From the IMG/VR virus record IMGVR_UViG_3300025327_000033, positions 1 to 57,230 of that record: a stretch of 57,230 nt of DNA; one strand, 5' to 3'. Below the pieces are notes generated by a model. That model was not told the origin of the DNA. It worked only from the letters and a program-made list of their open reading frames with translations, and did no database searches. This stretch comes from a virus. Its lineage: Duplodnaviria > Caudoviricetes. Each line of letters starts with the position of its first letter. Position 1 is the stretch's first letter. Of this stretch, positions 55,097 through 57,230 are shown in pieces. The translations under genes were made by a program, and so were the position numbers.

Positions 55097-55500
55097 GTCC
55101 TCGCCGGTAATTCTCTCAGCAGGAAGCTCTCATTCGGCACCGGGTAGTCGGCGTATCTGCCTCTGGAGATTCGGATCCTGCCCGGCGTGTTGCGCGGGTT
55201 GCTGAGGATGCGCAGGCCCTTGATCTCCGCCGGGAACGGCATCACTACGTGGGCTGTCACTGGCTCCCCGTGCCCCGACGTTGCGCCTTGCAGCGTGATG
55301 TTTCCTCCGCTCTCGAACTCCAGCGTTGCAATGAACGACGTGGGGACCAGCGCGGTCTCTACTTCGAAGTACACGATATCGCCTTCGTCAAGCTCCAGCA
55401 GCGACGGCCCCGCTGGTCTGGCCAGTGGGCCCAACCTGGGAGCAACGACGGCGGCGGCGGTGGTGAGCGAAACAACCTTCAGAAAGTCCCGCCTATTCAT
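55093..55500 (-). CDS. Protein with a twin-arginine (Tat)-type signal peptide
   Basis: MNRRDFLKVVSLTTAAAVVAP. Confidence 0.7.
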   Translation of the reverse strand: MNRRDFLKVVSLTTAAAVVAPRLGPLARPAGPSLLELDEGDIVYFEVETALVPTSFIATLEFESGGNITLQGATSGHGEPVTAHVVMPFPAEIKGLRILSNPRNTPGRIRISRGRYADYPVPNESFLLRELPART

Positions 55501-56296
55501 CCATGCTCCTCCCTCTGTTACTCTGCTCGGCCAGCTGGGCCATCCCACTGTTGGCAAGGCGCTTGCCGAATGCCTCGGCCACGTGGTCGAGGATGAATTG
55601 TCGCTGCCTCTCTGGTATCTCGGAGGCCGCTACGGCCTCCCGCACTGCGAATGTGAGGCCCCGGTAAAACGCTAGGGCCACCTCGAGGCGCAGGCTTTCC
55701 CTGCTCTTGTCGGCCGCCCGCACTTTAGTCTCGACGACCCTGCGGGTTTGCTCGATGACCGCCAGCACGCCATCCCAGGCTTCAGCCTCCGTTGCACCAG
55801 CGCCCAGCAGCTTCTCCAGCGCTTGCACGTGCCTCGTGACTGCCGCTTGGTCGTCTCGTCGGCCAGCCAGCTGCAGGCCCGCGAGCTCCGCCTGGGCCCG
55901 CTTCCACGCCCCCTTGAGATCAACATCGCCCGACCGCCTCAGCAGATCCTTCCGCCTGGCGATCAGCAGAGCGATCTCGTCCTCCATGCGCATCGCCTCG
56001 TCGATGCGCTGGAGGGTGGCCTTGTGGTCCGCCCGCAGCGCCTTTGGCACATACCGACTGCGGCCGCCGTGAACGAACTGCGGATGGCTCACCCCGCGCC
56101 TGGCCGTCCCGCCGGCACGCTTGCACCTGCCGTTCGCCATCGGGATGAAGGAGCACGGTGTGCCGTCTCTGGTGCGATGCCCGCAGATCCGCAGCTCCCG
56201 TCGCAGCTCATTGAGTCTGGCCTTGCCGAGCTCCCGAGTGTCGTGCGGCCAGCCTTTGGCGTCCAGCCACGCCGCCACCTGCGCCTTCGTTGCCAT
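55493..56296 (-). CDS. Probable terminase small subunit with HGGxSTG-like zinc domain
   Basis: CGHRTRDGTPC..NGRCKRAGG..HGGRSRY; DEIALL; upstream of TerL. Confidence 0.7.
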   Translation of the reverse strand: MATKAQVAAWLDAKGWPHDTRELGKARLNELRRELRICGHRTRDGTPCSFIPMANGRCKRAGGTARRGVSHPQFVHGGRSRYVPKALRADHKATLQRIDEAMRMEDEIALLIARRKDLLRRSGDVDLKGAWKRAQAELAGLQLAGRRDDQAAVTRHVQALEKLLGAGATEAEAWDGVLAVIEQTRRVVETKVRAADKSRESLRLEVALAFYRGLTFAVREAVAASEIPERQRQFILDHVAEAFGKRLANSGMAQLAEQSNRGRSMDE

Positions 56297-56317
56297 AGCC
56301 CGGGATCAGCGGATGGC

Positions 56318-56788
56318 CTAGCGCCACTCGGAGGACGAGGCCGGGGGCGGCGGCAGGCGATCGAACAGGCCCACCATGAGGCTCTGCATCGCCTCCATCG
56401 CCCTGGCAGCCTCTTCCGTCGCAGCGCCCGTCGCCTGGACAGCACCTGTCATCAGCCGGGTCGTCTCGCCCCATCTGGCCTGACCAAGAATGAACCTGGG
56501 CTCGGCGTCGCCGAGGGCCGTCACTTCGATCGCCCCGGACGGGATCTCGGGCTGGCCAAACCAGGCCATGGGCCCCCCGCACGCCACACATCCGCCCCGG
56601 AGATCCCGCAGCGGGCTCGTGTGTGAGCAGTAGCTGCATGCGGTCGCCTCTGCGAGGAGATAATCGTGCCGGCCGATGTGAATCGTCAGCGCTCGCCAGC
56701 CGCCATCGAGCAATCCCGCCGCAGGCACGGTGTTCCAATCCGAAGCCGTGATCATGCCGCCCGGCGGTGGTGGTGGCAGGTAGCCCAT
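56318..56788 (-). CDS. Hypothetical zinc-binding protein
   Basis: CSYC..CVACG. Confidence 0.6.
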   Translation of the reverse strand: MGYLPPPPPGGMITASDWNTVPAAGLLDGGWRALTIHIGRHDYLLAEATACSYCSHTSPLRDLRGGCVACGGPMAWFGQPEIPSGAIEVTALGDAEPRFILGQARWGETTRLMTGAVQATGAATEEAARAMEAMQSLMVGLFDRLPPPPASSSEWR

Positions 56789-56958
56789 CACGCTCGCTCC
56801 GCTCTCAGCAGCATGCGCACGATCTCCCTGTGCTGGAGCCGCCCCTTCTGCCCGCGGGCCCACATGGCTAGCTTGCGTGCCCCGTCGCGCTCCGGGCCCG
56901 TCATCTCGTGCAGCACCTTCTTGAGATCCGCATCGGCTCGCTTGCTTTGGTCTGTCAC
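56788..56958 (-). CDS. Small hypothetical protein
   Basis: SD AAGGAGG plus GTG. Confidence 0.55.
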   Translation of the reverse strand: MTDQSKRADADLKKVLHEMTGPERDGARKLAMWARGQKGRLQHREIVRMLLRAERA

Positions 56959-57097
56959 TGCGCCTCCTTGTGCTCTCGCATGTAGGCCAGCGCCGCCGGG
57001 CGCGGCGCTCTCACAGCAATTGAGGTTGGTCGCCCTCGCCTTCCGGCTCCGCCGGCTTCAGCTTCGTCACTTCGCTCATCCGCCCCAGGTGTTGGCC

Positions 57098-57223
57098 TGC
57101 CCACACAGCAGCCGCCTGCGCCGTCTCGAACACGCGCAGCCGGCGGTCCTCGTCGTAGAACGTCTCCCGGCCGTCGACGACGATGTAGCCCTGCTGTCCG
57201 GCATGCCACTCGATCGCCAGCCG
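57098..57223. repeat. Direct terminal repeat, right copy
   Basis: Identical to 1-126. Confidence 0.97.
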
Positions 57224-57230
57224 GGAGACG

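Overview
This window is an apparently complete, circularly permuted genome (about 57,097 bp) of a high-GC tailed phage with a long non-contractile tail. Bases 1-126 are repeated at 57098-57223, and an ORF reads intact across the join. The host is plausibly Chloroflexota (Anaerolineae), inferred mainly from the endolysin family. Divergent promoters at about 12.9-13.07 kb drive two operons. The leftward early operon holds many small genes, an HNH nuclease, a Gp3/RDF-like protein, a LuxR-type HTH and DUF6166. The rightward replication operon holds an HTH initiator with iterons, a helicase loader, DUF5131, ASCH and RecU. The minus strand carries packaging, head, tail and lysis genes: ParB-MTase, TerS, GpA-type TerL, portal, MuF with a zincin extension, a protease-scaffold-capsid fusion, tail genes with a -1 frameshifted chaperone, tape measure, an endolysin and an SLT/holin ORF. 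I recognised no integrase, CI-type repressor at the switch, DNA polymerase, tRNA or CRISPR array. The most striking signal is a possible RNA-based control system with three parts. (i) A GACACAGGGA motif recurs over the ribosome-binding sites of most leftward early genes and at the 5' end of their transcript. (ii) The divergent promoter would make a highly paired RNA of about 140 nt that displays the exact complement (CCUGUGU) in a bulge, a candidate multi-target antisense repressor. (iii) A type II hammerhead ribozyme with a pseudoknot lies inside the same operon. All structures were folded by eye, and family names come from motif recognition, not database searches.
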